Of a stretch of 64,000 nt of DNA, positions 53,244 to 62,522 are shown piece by piece (position 1 is the first letter of the stretch; each line of letters starts with the position of its first letter). The stretch is taken from positions 7,999 to 71,998 of the forward strand of contig CAKZUE010000068.1 in the NCBI GenBank assembly GCA_937920635.1, given 5' to 3'. The stretch comes from an uncultured Bryobacteraceae bacterium (GTDB lineage Bacteria > Acidobacteriota > Terriglobia > Bryobacterales > Bryobacteraceae). The notes beneath the pieces were generated by a model. That model made no database searches. It was not told the DNA's origin and saw nothing but the letters and a program-made list of their open reading frames with translations. A program made the position numbers and the translations under genes.

Positions 53244-53249
53244 ATGGTA
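53244..53249 (-). promoter_or_regulatory. candidate -10 (TACCAT) 9 nt upstream of ATG 53234
   Basis: The minus strand reads TACCAT, then TGAAAGCGG (9 nt), then ATG. No clear Shine-Dalgarno. Confidence 0.35.
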
Positions 53250-53271
53250 TCGGAGACGGCAACAGGGGCTC

Positions 53272-54384
53272 TCACCGCGGCTCGGCGCGCCAGCCCCAGG
53301 CTTGCAGGATGATGTCGAAGATCCGCGTGCTCGGCATGTAACCGCGCACGCGTTCGGCGCCCGCGCCCATGGCCGCCACCAGCACTTCCTCGCCCGTATG
53401 CGAGTGGCCCACGCGAAGAGCGGGGATGCGGATCTCGTCCTTCGGGTTGTTGCTGGCCATCCATTCGTCCAGCCCTTCGAGCAGCGGCACGCCGCGGCGC
53501 CCGCCGGTGATGCGCAGTTCGAACGAATGATCGGCGGTGAATAGCAGCAGCGTCTCGTTGAGATTCACCTTGGCGGCGATCTCGCGGATCAGTTTGTCGA
53601 AGTTGACCAGGTTGTCCAGCCCTTTGCGCGGGTTGTCCGTGTGGGCGTCCCACTCGACCATCAGGAAGTAGCCTTTGCGGTTCGCGGAGAGCAGATCCAG
53701 AGCGCGGCGCGTGGCCGCGGCGACATCAGGCTCGTTATCGGCGACCACGATCGGCCGCTTCTCTTCAGCAGGCACGGCGTCCAGCGATTCGTAGATCTTG
53801 CGCTTGGCTTTCTGCGATGCTTCTTCGATCTGCGCGCCTGCCTGGCCCCAGATCGTCTTCCGGCCAGCGCCGATGACGACGTCCGGCCCGTCGCCGAAGC
53901 GCGGACTGAAGATCTGGAGGAACAGTTCGCCCTGCTTGCGGCGGTCGTTGGCGTGGCCGTAGCAGGCGGCGGGCGTCGCGTCGGCGATGGACATATTGGT
54001 GACAACGCCGGTGGCGAGACCCTTTTCCTCGGCGTACTCCAGCAGCGTTTTCAAAATCCGCCCGTCTTTCTTTCCGCGCTCCGTGTCGGGGCCCATGCTG
54101 ATGACGCCGCCCTGTGTCTTCACGCCCGTAACGATGGCGGTCATGCCGGCGGCGGAGTCGCTGACGTAGCTCGTGGCGGTGGTCGTGTCGGAGAGGCCCA
54201 TGTTCGGCCAGCTCTGCACGTACAGCTTCAGCGGCTCGCCATACCCGTGCAGGCTGGCGGCGCTGACGGTGGAGACGCCACCCGCGTCGGCGAGAAACAG
54301 GATCACGTTCTTGGCCCGTTTCTGGGCAGCGGCCGGGATCAGGGCCAACAGCAGGGCCAGGGAGAGGAGAGCAGATCGTCGCAT
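53272..54384 (-). CDS. alkaline phosphatase (PhoA family)
   Basis: Signal peptide, NVILFLADAGG, the active-site DSAAGMTAIVTGVKT, TADHSF and GHSHTGEEV. Confidence 0.92.
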   Translation of the reverse strand: MRRSALLSLALLLALIPAAAQKRAKNVILFLADAGGVSTVSAASLHGYGEPLKLYVQSWPNMGLSDTTTATSYVSDSAAGMTAIVTGVKTQGGVISMGPDTERGKKDGRILKTLLEYAEEKGLATGVVTNMSIADATPAACYGHANDRRKQGELFLQIFSPRFGDGPDVVIGAGRKTIWGQAGAQIEEASQKAKRKIYESLDAVPAEEKRPIVVADNEPDVAAATRRALDLLSANRKGYFLMVEWDAHTDNPRKGLDNLVNFDKLIREIAAKVNLNETLLLFTADHSFELRITGGRRGVPLLEGLDEWMASNNPKDEIRIPALRVGHSHTGEEVLVAAMGAGAERVRGYMPSTRIFDIILQAWGWRAEPR

Positions 54385-54390
54385 AGGTCG

Positions 54391-54396
54391 ATTTTA
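54391..54396 (-). promoter_or_regulatory. candidate -10 (TAAAAT) placed for a leaderless alkaline phosphatase transcript
   Basis: The minus strand reads TAAAAT, then CGACCT (6 nt), then ATG (54384). No Shine-Dalgarno. Confidence 0.45.
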
Positions 54397-54443
54397 CAGG
54401 CCTCGGCCACTCGAGCACTGTGACGGTCTGGTTGCAGCTTGGA

Positions 54444-54449
54444 TAGAAT
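54444..54449 (+). promoter_or_regulatory. candidate -10 (TAGAAT) placed for a leaderless transcript starting at ATG 54457
   Basis: TAGAAT, then CCCCGCG (7 nt), then ATG 54457. The resulting N-terminus MEPLTRRSFLASSAMLAGG is a clean Tat signal. Confidence 0.45.
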
Positions 54450-54456
54450 CCCCGCG

Positions 54457-55602
54457 ATGGAACCACTCACCCGGCGGTCCTTTCTCGCCTCCAGCGCCAT
54501 GCTGGCGGGCGGCGTGCGCAAGTCCGGCGACATCGTAATCTACTCCGATGAGCGCTATTACTCGGCATTCCCGTCTGTGGTGCGCCTGCGCCGCAGTGGA
54601 GAGATTCTGGTGGCGTTCCGCCGCGCGCCGGAACGGCGCCGGCTGGGAGCCAAGGGCGTCTCGCACACGGATCCCAACAGCCAATTGGTCTGCGTGCGCT
54701 CGCGCGATGGCGGGCGCACCTGGAGCCGCGAGCCGGAACTGATCCACGCGCATCCTCTCGGCGGCTCGCAGGATCCGTGTCTGCTGGAGCTGCGCGACGG
54801 CACGCTGCTGTGCGCGTCCTATCTCTGGATCTGGACCGGCGGCGCGGAGCGTGCCTCCATCCCGGCCACAGCCTGGATTGCCGACTATGCCTTTCACGGC
54901 GGCTACCTGCTGCGCTCGTCCGATGGCGGGAAGACCTGGCAGGGTCCGTTCACGCCCCCGCCCGTGCCGGGGCGCGAGGCGCGCGATTGCTTCGGCGCGC
55001 CGCTGCCTGCGTACAACCGCGGCGCGATGTGCCAGTCGCGCGACGGGCGCGTCTTGTGGGCTGTGGCCTATCCGAAAGGAGCAGGCAGAGATGCGGGCAC
55101 CGACGTCCACCTGTTGTCGTCCGCCGATGAGGGCCGCACATGGCAGTATCAATCCGTGATCGCCAGCGACAGCAAAGCGTCGTTCAATGAGACCTCGCTG
55201 TACGAGACGCCCTCCGGGCAACTGGTGGCCTTTCTTCGCACCGCGGGCCTCGATGACCACACGGTGGTGGCGCGCTCGCGCGATGGCGGGCGGAGTTTCT
55301 CGCCGTGGGCGGACACGGGCTGGCAGGGCCATCCGCATCATGCCGTGCGGCTGGAGGACAACCGTGTGCTGCTGGTTTATGGGTACCGGCATGCGCCGTT
55401 CGGCATCCGCGCGCGGCTGCTGAATCCCGAGTGCACCGATGTCGGCCAGGCGCCGGAGACCGTGTTGCGCGATGACGGCGGCGGCACGGATCTCGGATAT
55501 CCGTGGGCCGTGGCGCTGCCCGGCAGGCGCGCTCTTGTTGTGTATTACTTCCAGAAGGAGAACGGCACGCGGCACATCGCCGCGACGTGGCTCGACTATT
55601 AG
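54457..55602 (+). CDS. Tat-signal BNR/Asp-box repeat protein (sialidase-like beta-propeller glycosidase)
   Basis: Four Asp-boxes: SRDGGRTWS, SSDGGKTWQ, SADEGRTWQ and SRDGGRSFS. Confidence 0.8.
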   Translation: MEPLTRRSFLASSAMLAGGVRKSGDIVIYSDERYYSAFPSVVRLRRSGEILVAFRRAPERRRLGAKGVSHTDPNSQLVCVRSRDGGRTWSREPELIHAHPLGGSQDPCLLELRDGTLLCASYLWIWTGGAERASIPATAWIADYAFHGGYLLRSSDGGKTWQGPFTPPPVPGREARDCFGAPLPAYNRGAMCQSRDGRVLWAVAYPKGAGRDAGTDVHLLSSADEGRTWQYQSVIASDSKASFNETSLYETPSGQLVAFLRTAGLDDHTVVARSRDGGRSFSPWADTGWQGHPHHAVRLEDNRVLLVYGYRHAPFGIRARLLNPECTDVGQAPETVLRDDGGGTDLGYPWAVALPGRRALVVYYFQKENGTRHIAATWLDY

Positions 55603-55666
55603 CCGGTTTCCGGACGCGCGGTTGCTACGATAAAAGTGTCCCGGCATCGGCCGGAAATCACTCTCC

Positions 55667-56920
55667 ATGGCATCTGCATCCCGCTTCACCCGCCGTCTGT
55701 GGCTCCTTGCCGCCGCTTTGCTGGCGGCTGCATCCCTGCTGGCGCTCCAGGCCGGCCCTCCCCGTTATGAGCCTTCCGCGCAGCCCGACCGCATTGTCGC
55801 CACCTGGACCGCGGAGCCAGCCACCTCTTTCAGCGTGACGTGGCGAACCAGCACGGCTGTTGCGAAGGGCTTTGGGGAGATCACCGAAGCCAGCGACGGA
55901 CCCGGCTTTGAGAAAGCAGCGCGCCGGGTGGAAGCGGCCGTTGAGCCCTATACAACCGATCAGGGCGCGGCACACGCCCATAGCGTAACCTTCCGCGAAC
56001 TGAAGCCCGCCACCGAGTATCTGTACCGCGTCGGCGGCGGAGACGACTGGAGCGAGTGGATTCCATTCCGCACGGCCGCCGCCGGGCCTGAGCCGTTCAC
56101 GTTCCTGTATTTCGGCGATGCGCAGACGCGCATCCGGGCCGTCCTGCCGCGCGTGGTCCGCAAGGCCTGCGAAACGGCCCCGCAGGCGCGGCTCGTCATC
56201 CATGCCGGCGATCTGATCAACAACCACGACCGCGACGAGCAGTGGGGCGAGTGGCATGAGAGCAGCGCCTGGATGCACCGTTCAATACCGGCGCTGCCCG
56301 TTCCCGGCAATCACGAACATGGCCGCGGCCCCGATGGCAACCGCCGGATCACGGCCAACTGGCGGCCGCAGTTCACGCTGCCCCTGAACGGCGTGGAGGG
56401 GATCGAAGAGACAAATTACTTCGTTGACTTCCAGGGTGTGCGGTTTGTGGCGCTGAACTCGAATGAAAAGCTCGCAGAGCAGGCGGCGTGGCTCGACAGG
56501 CTGCTGGAGAACAATCCCAACCGCTGGACGGTGGTTGTCTTTCATCACCCGGTTTATTCGGGCGCGCGGGGACGTGACAACAAAGAGGTCCGCGAGCTGT
56601 GGCAGCCCGTGTTCGACCGCCGCGGCGTGGATCTGGTTCTGAACGGGCATGACCATGTGTATGCTCGCACGCGCCTGGTGCGCGGCGACGGGGGCAAGGA
56701 AGGGGGCACGGTGTATGTAGTCTCCGTGAGCGGCGCCAAGATGTACGACGGCAAGGCGAACCCGATGATGGAGAAGATCGTGCGCCAGACGCAGTTCTTC
56801 CAGGTAGTGCGCGTGGATGGCGACGTTCTGTCTTTCGAGGCGCGCACGGCGCGGGGCGCGCTGGCCGACAGTTTCCGGATCGAAAAGCGCGGCGGCACGA
56901 AGCGGCTGGTCGAGCCATAG
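55667..56920 (+). CDS. secreted metallophosphoesterase (purple acid phosphatase-like)
   Basis: Signal peptide, an N-terminal FN3-like region, and the motifs FLYFGDAQ, HAGDLINN, VPGNHEH, VVFHHPVYS and NGHDHVYAR. Confidence 0.88.
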   Translation: MASASRFTRRLWLLAAALLAAASLLALQAGPPRYEPSAQPDRIVATWTAEPATSFSVTWRTSTAVAKGFGEITEASDGPGFEKAARRVEAAVEPYTTDQGAAHAHSVTFRELKPATEYLYRVGGGDDWSEWIPFRTAAAGPEPFTFLYFGDAQTRIRAVLPRVVRKACETAPQARLVIHAGDLINNHDRDEQWGEWHESSAWMHRSIPALPVPGNHEHGRGPDGNRRITANWRPQFTLPLNGVEGIEETNYFVDFQGVRFVALNSNEKLAEQAAWLDRLLENNPNRWTVVVFHHPVYSGARGRDNKEVRELWQPVFDRRGVDLVLNGHDHVYARTRLVRGDGGKEGGTVYVVSVSGAKMYDGKANPMMEKIVRQTQFFQVVRVDGDVLSFEARTARGALADSFRIEKRGGTKRLVEP

Positions 56921-57098
56921 GCAGCGGCACGCATGCCAGTGGCGCCAGCGGCTTCAGTGCCGCGCACGAAGGCCGGAAGCCGTCAGGATTCCAGCCGGAA
57001 CAAGCCGTGCCCGCGCGGGTCCACTCCGCTGACCGCTGGTTTCGCGCCTGCGGCGCACCAGCCGGGTCAAAGACGATGGTTGCAGCCTGATCCGGCTC

Positions 57099-57107
57099 TG
57101 CGATACT
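57099..57107 (+). promoter_or_regulatory. candidate extended -10 (TGCGATACT) upstream of the CYTH gene
   Basis: TGC-GATACT ends 11 nt before the proposed GTG start (57119). Confidence 0.3.
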
Positions 57108-57118
57108 GGGGTGCAGCC

Positions 57119-57682
57119 GTGCAGCACGACAGTGGCTCCTTTGAAGTCGAGATCAAGCTGGCCGCCGCATCCCCGGCCGATGGTGAAGCGCGCTTGCGCC
57201 GGGCCGGGTTCCAGCCCCTTCACGAGCGGGCCTTCGAGGCGAACACCGTGTTCGACACGCCTGCACTGGAGCTGATTCAATCAGGCCGGCTGCTGCGGCT
57301 GCGCGAATTCCTCGGAGAGGCGTTGCTCACCTTCAAAGGGCCGCCCGAGCCCGGTCCGCACAAGACACGGCGCGAGATCGAGACGCGCGTGGCCGACGGC
57401 GCGGCCATGCAGGCTCTGCTGGAAGCGCTCGGCTACCAGGCGGTATTCCGCTACGAAAAATACCGGACGGCTTTTGCGCGTGGCGGCGAGGCCGGCCATG
57501 CCTTCCTCGACGAAACGCCCATCGGCTGCTATCTCGAACTGGAAGGTCCGCCCGCGTGGATCGACCAGACGGCGGCGGAGCTGGGCTTTGTCCGCGAAGA
57601 CTACATCACGCTGAGCTACGGCTCGCTCTACCGCGAACACTGCCGCAAAGCAGGCATCGAGCCCGCGCACATGGTCTTTTAG
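57119..57682 (+). CDS. CYTH-domain protein (class IV adenylate cyclase / triphosphatase family)
   Basis: The EVEIKL (ExExK) signature lies near the proposed N-terminus, followed by LLRLREF and LTFKGP. The start is uncertain: GTG 57119 was chosen, and the longer raw ORF has a low-complexity N-terminus. Confidence 0.75.
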   Translation: MQHDSGSFEVEIKLAAASPADGEARLRRAGFQPLHERAFEANTVFDTPALELIQSGRLLRLREFLGEALLTFKGPPEPGPHKTRREIETRVADGAAMQALLEALGYQAVFRYEKYRTAFARGGEAGHAFLDETPIGCYLELEGPPAWIDQTAAELGFVREDYITLSYGSLYREHCRKAGIEPAHMVF

Positions 57683-57900
57683 CGCAGGGGGTGGATTCGA
57701 TCCAGACCGCTGCGCCAGCGGCACGCGGGAGCGAGCGGTCCGCGGCTTGGATTACGCGCGGCGGCATGGCGCCGGCCTATGCCCCCTCTGAAAAGAACGG
57801 CGCGCTCCGCGATGAGCTGGAGGAGACTTTTTGAGGCAGACCGTGGAGCGCGCCTGCCTGAACGAACAGTGCCCGGCACGCCGGAAAATTCTCAGCCGGA

Positions 57901-57906
57901 TATAAT
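57901..57906 (+). promoter_or_regulatory. candidate -10 (perfect TATAAT) placed for a leaderless transcript of the gene at 57913
   Basis: TATAAT, then TCCTGC (6 nt), then ATG 57913. No Shine-Dalgarno. Confidence 0.5.
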
Positions 57907-57912
57907 TCCTGC

Positions 57913-59127
57913 ATGGCTCTTTCTCATCCTTCCCGCCGGACGGTGCTCCGCAGCGCCGCACAGGCGCCGGCCGCCTGGACCGCACTGTCTTATTCGCGCA
58001 TCCTTGGAGCTAACGAAAGGTTCAACCTGGGTCTCATCGGCGCGGGAGAACGTGGCCGGGGCGTCATGGGAAGTTTCCTCAAGACCGGACGCGTGCAGGT
58101 GACCGCGGTCTGCGACATTTACGCCGAGATGATCGACCGGGCGAAGAATGCGGCTCCGGACGCCCGCGGCTTCAGCGACCATCGGAAGCTGCTTGAGCAG
58201 AAGGACGTCGACGTCGTGCTGAACGCCACGCCGGATCACTGGCACGCCGCCACCACGATCGACGCGCTCAATGCGGGCAAGGACGTCTATGTCGAAAAGC
58301 CGCTGACGCTCCGGATCGAGGAGGGCCCTGCGATCGTCAAGGCGGCGCGCGTGAACGAACGCGTCTGCCAGGTGGGCCTGCAACAGCGCTCCGGCCCCCA
58401 CTACATCGAAGCCAAGCAGAAGTACATGGACACGGGCGCGCTCGGCAAGATCACGCTGGTTCGTACCTGGTGGCACGGCAATATGTACCACCTGCGCCGC
58501 GCTCCCGCGTCGCTGGCCACCAGACCGTCCAATCTCGACTGGGCGCGGTTCCTCGGCCCAGTCTCCTGGCGTGAATGGGACCCGCAGCAGTTCTGGAACT
58601 GGCGCGCGTACCTGGATTTCGGCGGCGGTCAGGTGACCGATCTGTTCACGCACTGGATCGACGTGGTGCATATGTTCATGGGCAATGACTCGCCCACCTC
58701 CGGCGTCGCCGCCGGCGGCGTGTACCACTACAAGGACGGCCGCACGGCGCCGGACACGATCAATGTTCTTCTCGAATACGGCGGCCTGTACACGGTCACT
58801 TTCGAGGCGACCCTGGCGCCCGGCATCATGGGCTACGGCATCGAGTTCTGCGGCACCGAAGGCAAGCTATTCATCGACCGCTCCCGCTACGAGTTCCGCC
58901 CCGCGGGAAGAAAATCGGAGCCGGTCGTTGTCGACGGGCCGAAGTATGACTTCACGCTCGACCATGTGCGGAACTTCCTCGATTGCTGCGTCTCACGCAA
59001 TCGTCCGAACTGCGACGTCTACATCGGACACCGCTCCGCCATGGCGTCGCATCTCGGCAACATCAGCTACGTGCAGAAGCGCCGGCTGAACTTCGATCCG
59101 CAACGCGAGGAGATCCTGCCGCTGTAG
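57913..59127 (+). CDS. Tat-signal Gfo/Idh/MocA family oxidoreductase (third paralog)
   Basis: MALSHPSRRTVLRSAAQAPAA signal, LGLIGAGERG, and NATPDHWHAATTIDALNAGKDVYVEKP. Confidence 0.9.
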   Translation: MALSHPSRRTVLRSAAQAPAAWTALSYSRILGANERFNLGLIGAGERGRGVMGSFLKTGRVQVTAVCDIYAEMIDRAKNAAPDARGFSDHRKLLEQKDVDVVLNATPDHWHAATTIDALNAGKDVYVEKPLTLRIEEGPAIVKAARVNERVCQVGLQQRSGPHYIEAKQKYMDTGALGKITLVRTWWHGNMYHLRRAPASLATRPSNLDWARFLGPVSWREWDPQQFWNWRAYLDFGGGQVTDLFTHWIDVVHMFMGNDSPTSGVAAGGVYHYKDGRTAPDTINVLLEYGGLYTVTFEATLAPGIMGYGIEFCGTEGKLFIDRSRYEFRPAGRKSEPVVVDGPKYDFTLDHVRNFLDCCVSRNRPNCDVYIGHRSAMASHLGNISYVQKRRLNFDPQREEILPL

Positions 59128-59179
59128 CCGGCTGTGCGTTGCCGTGAGGGCCACCCGCACTCTCTGGCGGGCGTTTGTG

Positions 59180-59185
59180 TATTCT
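59180..59185 (+). promoter_or_regulatory. candidate -10 (TATTCT) placed for a leaderless transcript starting at ATG 59193
   Basis: TATTCT, then GCCCTCT (7 nt), then ATG 59193. No Shine-Dalgarno. Confidence 0.4.
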
Positions 59186-59192
59186 GCCCTCT

Positions 59193-60617
59193 ATGGATCT
59201 GCTGACTCCGCTCAAACACGCCCGCCCGGCGCGCATCGGGCTGTTCGCCATCGGTCTGGAAGCCTACTGGGCGCAGTTCCCGGGGCTGAAGGAAAGGCTG
59301 CAAGGCTATCTGCGGGAGGTCGAACAGCGCCTGTCGTCCTCGGGCGACACCGTGATCTCCGCGGGGCTGGTGGACACGGCGCCGCGCGCCGCCGAAGCCG
59401 GGGCGCTGCTGGCGGCATCGGATCTCGACATCATCTTCTGCCACGCGGCCACCTATGCCACTTCGAGCCAGGTGCTGCCCGTCGTGCAGCGCGCCCGCGT
59501 GCCCGTGGTGGTGCTGAACCTCCAGCCTTCGGCGCGGCTCGACTACGAGCACTGCGACACAGGCGAATGGCTGGCCAACTGCTCGGCCTGCTGCGTGCCG
59601 GAAATCTCGAATGCTTTCGCAAGGGCGCGCGTGCCCTTCCACGGGATCAGCGGCATGCTGCGGGACGATGCCGCAGTGGCCCGCGAGATAGGAGAATGGG
59701 TGGCGGCGGCGCGCGCCTGGCGGGCGTTGCGCACCGCGCGGATCGGCTTTCTGGGCCACACGTATCCGGGCATGCTCGACATGTACTCGGACTTCACCAT
59801 GATCAGCGCGCAGACCGGTGCGCATATCGAAGTCCTCGAGATGTGCGATCTGGACCGCTGCCTGCGGGAATCGCCGCCGCAGGAGGCGCAGGCGGTGCTC
59901 AAGCTGGCGCGGGAAACGTTCATTCTGGAAGATTGCCCGGAAGAGGACCTGGAATGGGCCGCGCGCGTGGCTGCGGCGCTGGAGCGGCTGGCGCGCCAGT
60001 TCGATCTCGACGGGCTGGCGTATTACTACCGCGGTCTCGACGGGAACGAGTACGAACGGCTGGCGGCGGGCATGATCCTCGGCAATTCGCTCCTCACCGC
60101 GCGCGGCGTCCCAGCCAGCGGCGAAGGCGACCTGAAGAACTGCGTGGCGATGAAGATCCTGGATGCGCTTGGGGCGGGAGGGGCGTTCACGGAGATCTAT
60201 GCGATGGACTTCGTCGAGCAGTTCGTGCTCGTCGGCCATGACGGCCCCGGCCATCTGGCGCTCTGCTCGCGGAAGCCCGTGCTCCGCGGTCTCGGACTCT
60301 ACCACGGCAAGCGGGGCCATGGGGTCAGCGTGGAGTTCAGCGTGAAGCACGGTCCGGTGACTTTGCTTGCCGTGACGCAGACCGCGGATGGGCGGCTGAA
60401 GCTGATCACCGCCGAAGGCGAGTCCATCCCTGGCCCTGTCTTGCGCATCGGCAACACCAACACGAGAGTCCGCTTCCCGGCTGGTCCTGCGGAGTTCGTC
60501 AACCGCTGGTGCCGGGAAGCGCCCACGCACCACTTCGCTCTCGGCGCCGGGCGCTGGCACGCGCATCTGGAGAAGTTCAGCGTCCTGGCTGGGCTGGAGC
60601 TGGCGCGCGTCTGCTGA
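59193..60617 (+). CDS. L-arabinose/L-fucose isomerase-family protein
   Basis: About 474 aa. RIGLFAIGLEAYWAQFPGLKERL, IIFCHAATYATSSQVLPVV and VVVLNLQP resemble the N-terminal Rossmann-like part of sugar isomerases of this family. The call is moderately tentative. Confidence 0.65.
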   Translation: MDLLTPLKHARPARIGLFAIGLEAYWAQFPGLKERLQGYLREVEQRLSSSGDTVISAGLVDTAPRAAEAGALLAASDLDIIFCHAATYATSSQVLPVVQRARVPVVVLNLQPSARLDYEHCDTGEWLANCSACCVPEISNAFARARVPFHGISGMLRDDAAVAREIGEWVAAARAWRALRTARIGFLGHTYPGMLDMYSDFTMISAQTGAHIEVLEMCDLDRCLRESPPQEAQAVLKLARETFILEDCPEEDLEWAARVAAALERLARQFDLDGLAYYYRGLDGNEYERLAAGMILGNSLLTARGVPASGEGDLKNCVAMKILDALGAGGAFTEIYAMDFVEQFVLVGHDGPGHLALCSRKPVLRGLGLYHGKRGHGVSVEFSVKHGPVTLLAVTQTADGRLKLITAEGESIPGPVLRIGNTNTRVRFPAGPAEFVNRWCREAPTHHFALGAGRWHAHLEKFSVLAGLELARVC

Positions 60618-60669
60618 CGGGGCATGGCTCAGTGAGCGCTGCCGCCGAAGCCGCCTCGGCTCAGCGCGG

Positions 60670-62022
60670 TCACTGCCGCCGGGCCAGGTGGCGCTGGATG
60701 AAGTGGGTGTCGATGGCGCCGGACTGGAACTCGGGGTCTGCCAGGATCGCCTGGTGCAAAGGGATGGAGGTGTGGATGCCCTCCACCACGAACATCTCCA
60801 GCGCCCGCTGCATCCTGCGGATCGCCTCTTCGCGGTCCGTGCCGTGGGCGATCAGCTTGGCGACCAGGGAATCGTAATAAGGCGGTATGATGCCCCCCGC
60901 GTAGACCGCCGTGTCCACGCGGACGCCGATGGAGCCGGGCAGGCAGAGCGCCTGTATTTTGCCCGGTGAGGGCACGAATGTGACAGGGTGCTCGGCGTTG
61001 ATGCGGCATTCGATGGCATGCCCGCGCAGGGTCACGGGTCCGCCCAGAATGGTTTCCAGCGGTTCGCCCTGGGCAATCCGCAACTGCGCCTTCACGAGGT
61101 CGATGCCGGTGATCATCTCTGTCACCGGGTGCTCGACCTGAATGCGCGCATTGACCTCGATGAAGTAGAGTTCGCCGCTCTCATCCATGAGGAATTCGAC
61201 CGTGCCCGCGTTCGTATAGCCGATGGCGGTGAAGGCCTCGCGGAGGGCGCGGGCTACCTTCTCGCGCCGCTCCGGCGTCAACGCGGGGCTGGGCGCTTCT
61301 TCGATCAGCTTCTGATGCCGCCGCTGGATGGAGCACTCGCGCTCGCCGAGCACCTCCACCCGGCCGTGCTCGTCGGCCAGGATCTGGAACTCGATGTGCC
61401 GCGGCCTTTCGATGAACTTTTCGCAGTAGAGATCCCCGTTGGAGAAGGCATTTTCGGCCTCCTGCTGCGCCTGCGCATACAGCGGTGGCAGCTCCTCAGC
61501 GCTTCGCACGATGCGCATCCCACGCCCGCCGCCGCCCGCCGTGGCCTTCAGCATCACCGGATAGCCGATCTGCGCGGCAGTCTCGAGCGCCTCTTCCACA
61601 GTCTTCAGCACGCCGGGCGAGCCCGGCAGGATGGGCACGCCGTGCTCCTGCATCTTCTCCCGCGCGAGCTGCTTCAACCCCATCATGCGGATCACCTCCG
61701 GCGTGGGGCCAATGAACTTGATCTCCGAAGCGCGGCAAACCTCGGCGAAATCGGCGTTCTCGCTGAGAAATCCGTATCCCGGATGGATGGCGTCGGCGTT
61801 GGTGATCTCCGCGGCGCTGATGACAGCAGGGATGTTAAGGTAGCTCAGCGTGCTCCTCGCCGGTCCGATGCAGAGCGCTTCGTCGGCGAACCGCACGTGC
61901 AGAGAATAGCGGTCCGCCTCCGAATAGACAGCCACGGTGCGGATGCCCAGATCCTTGCATGCGGCAATGACGCGGACGGCGATCTCGCCGCGGTTGGCGA
62001 TCAGGACTTTTTCAAACGCCAT
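60670..62022 (-). CDS. accC: acetyl-CoA carboxylase, biotin carboxylase subunit
   Basis: [27 protein letters not shown], the ATP-grasp segment [14 protein letters not shown], and [14 protein letters not shown]. Confidence 0.97.
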   Translation of the reverse strand: MAFEKVLIANRGEIAVRVIAACKDLGIRTVAVYSEADRYSLHVRFADEALCIGPARSTLSYLNIPAVISAAEITNADAIHPGYGFLSENADFAEVCRASEIKFIGPTPEVIRMMGLKQLAREKMQEHGVPILPGSPGVLKTVEEALETAAQIGYPVMLKATAGGGGRGMRIVRSAEELPPLYAQAQQEAENAFSNGDLYCEKFIERPRHIEFQILADEHGRVEVLGERECSIQRRHQKLIEEAPSPALTPERREKVARALREAFTAIGYTNAGTVEFLMDESGELYFIEVNARIQVEHPVTEMITGIDLVKAQLRIAQGEPLETILGGPVTLRGHAIECRINAEHPVTFVPSPGKIQALCLPGSIGVRVDTAVYAGGIIPPYYDSLVAKLIAHGTDREEAIRRMQRALEMFVVEGIHTSIPLHQAILADPEFQSGAIDTHFIQRHLARRQ

Positions 62023-62024
62023 GC

Positions 62025-62522
62025 TCAGCTCGGCTTCACCAGGAACAGGACTTCGCCGTATTCCACGGGCTGCCCGTTCTCCACCAAGCGCTTTACGATC
62101 GTGCCCGAGATCTCCGCTTCAATCTCGTTCATGAGCTTCATCGATTCGATGATGCACAGCACCTTGCCCGGCTGGATCACGTCGCCGACGTGTACGAAGG
62201 GCTCCGCGCCCGGAGCGGGCGCTTCATAGAACGTCCCCACGATCGGACTCTTGACCGGCTGCAGCGTAGGATCGGTCAGGTCGGGCGTGCCCGCCGGGGG
62301 CGCCGCCTGCGGGGCGGCTACCGTCACGCCTTCCGGCGGGGCGGCGATCGGCGGTATCACGGAAACGGCGGCTGGCGGCGGAGGCGCAGCCGGGGCATCC
62401 GCCACGACCGCGCCCGCCGTCCTCTTGATCCAGACGCGGTTTTCGCCGCGCTGCACTTCCAGTTCTGCGATGCCGCTCGAGCAGACCACATGGATCAGTT
62501 CACGGATCTCTTCAATAGTCAT
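62025..62522 (-). CDS. accB: acetyl-CoA carboxylase, biotin carboxyl carrier protein
   Basis: Pro/Ala linker and the biotinyl-lysine motif [15 protein letters not shown]. Lies 2 nt upstream of accC, and its ATG overlaps the pepP stop. Confidence 0.93.
   Translation of the reverse strand: MTIEEIRELIHVVCSSGIAELEVQRGENRVWIKRTAGAVVADAPAAPPPPAAVSVIPPIAAPPEGVTVAAPQAAPPAGTPDLTDPTLQPVKSPIVGTFYEAPAPGAEPFVHVGDVIQPGKVLCIIESMKLMNEIEAEISGTIVKRLVENGQPVEYGEVLFLVKPS

Noticed and set aside
57683-57716. A tRNA-like minihelix directly after the CYTH stop codon. GCGCAG...CTGCGC encloses TGGAT-TCG-ATCCA and is followed by CA, which superficially resembles an acceptor stem plus T-arm.
   Set aside because: The inner hairpin has a 3-nt loop, not the 7-nt T-loop. 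There are no D or anticodon arms. The acceptor-like stem is only 6 bp and no CCA follows. It is more likely a factor-independent or Rho-assisted 3' stem-loop of the phosphatase/CYTH transcript.
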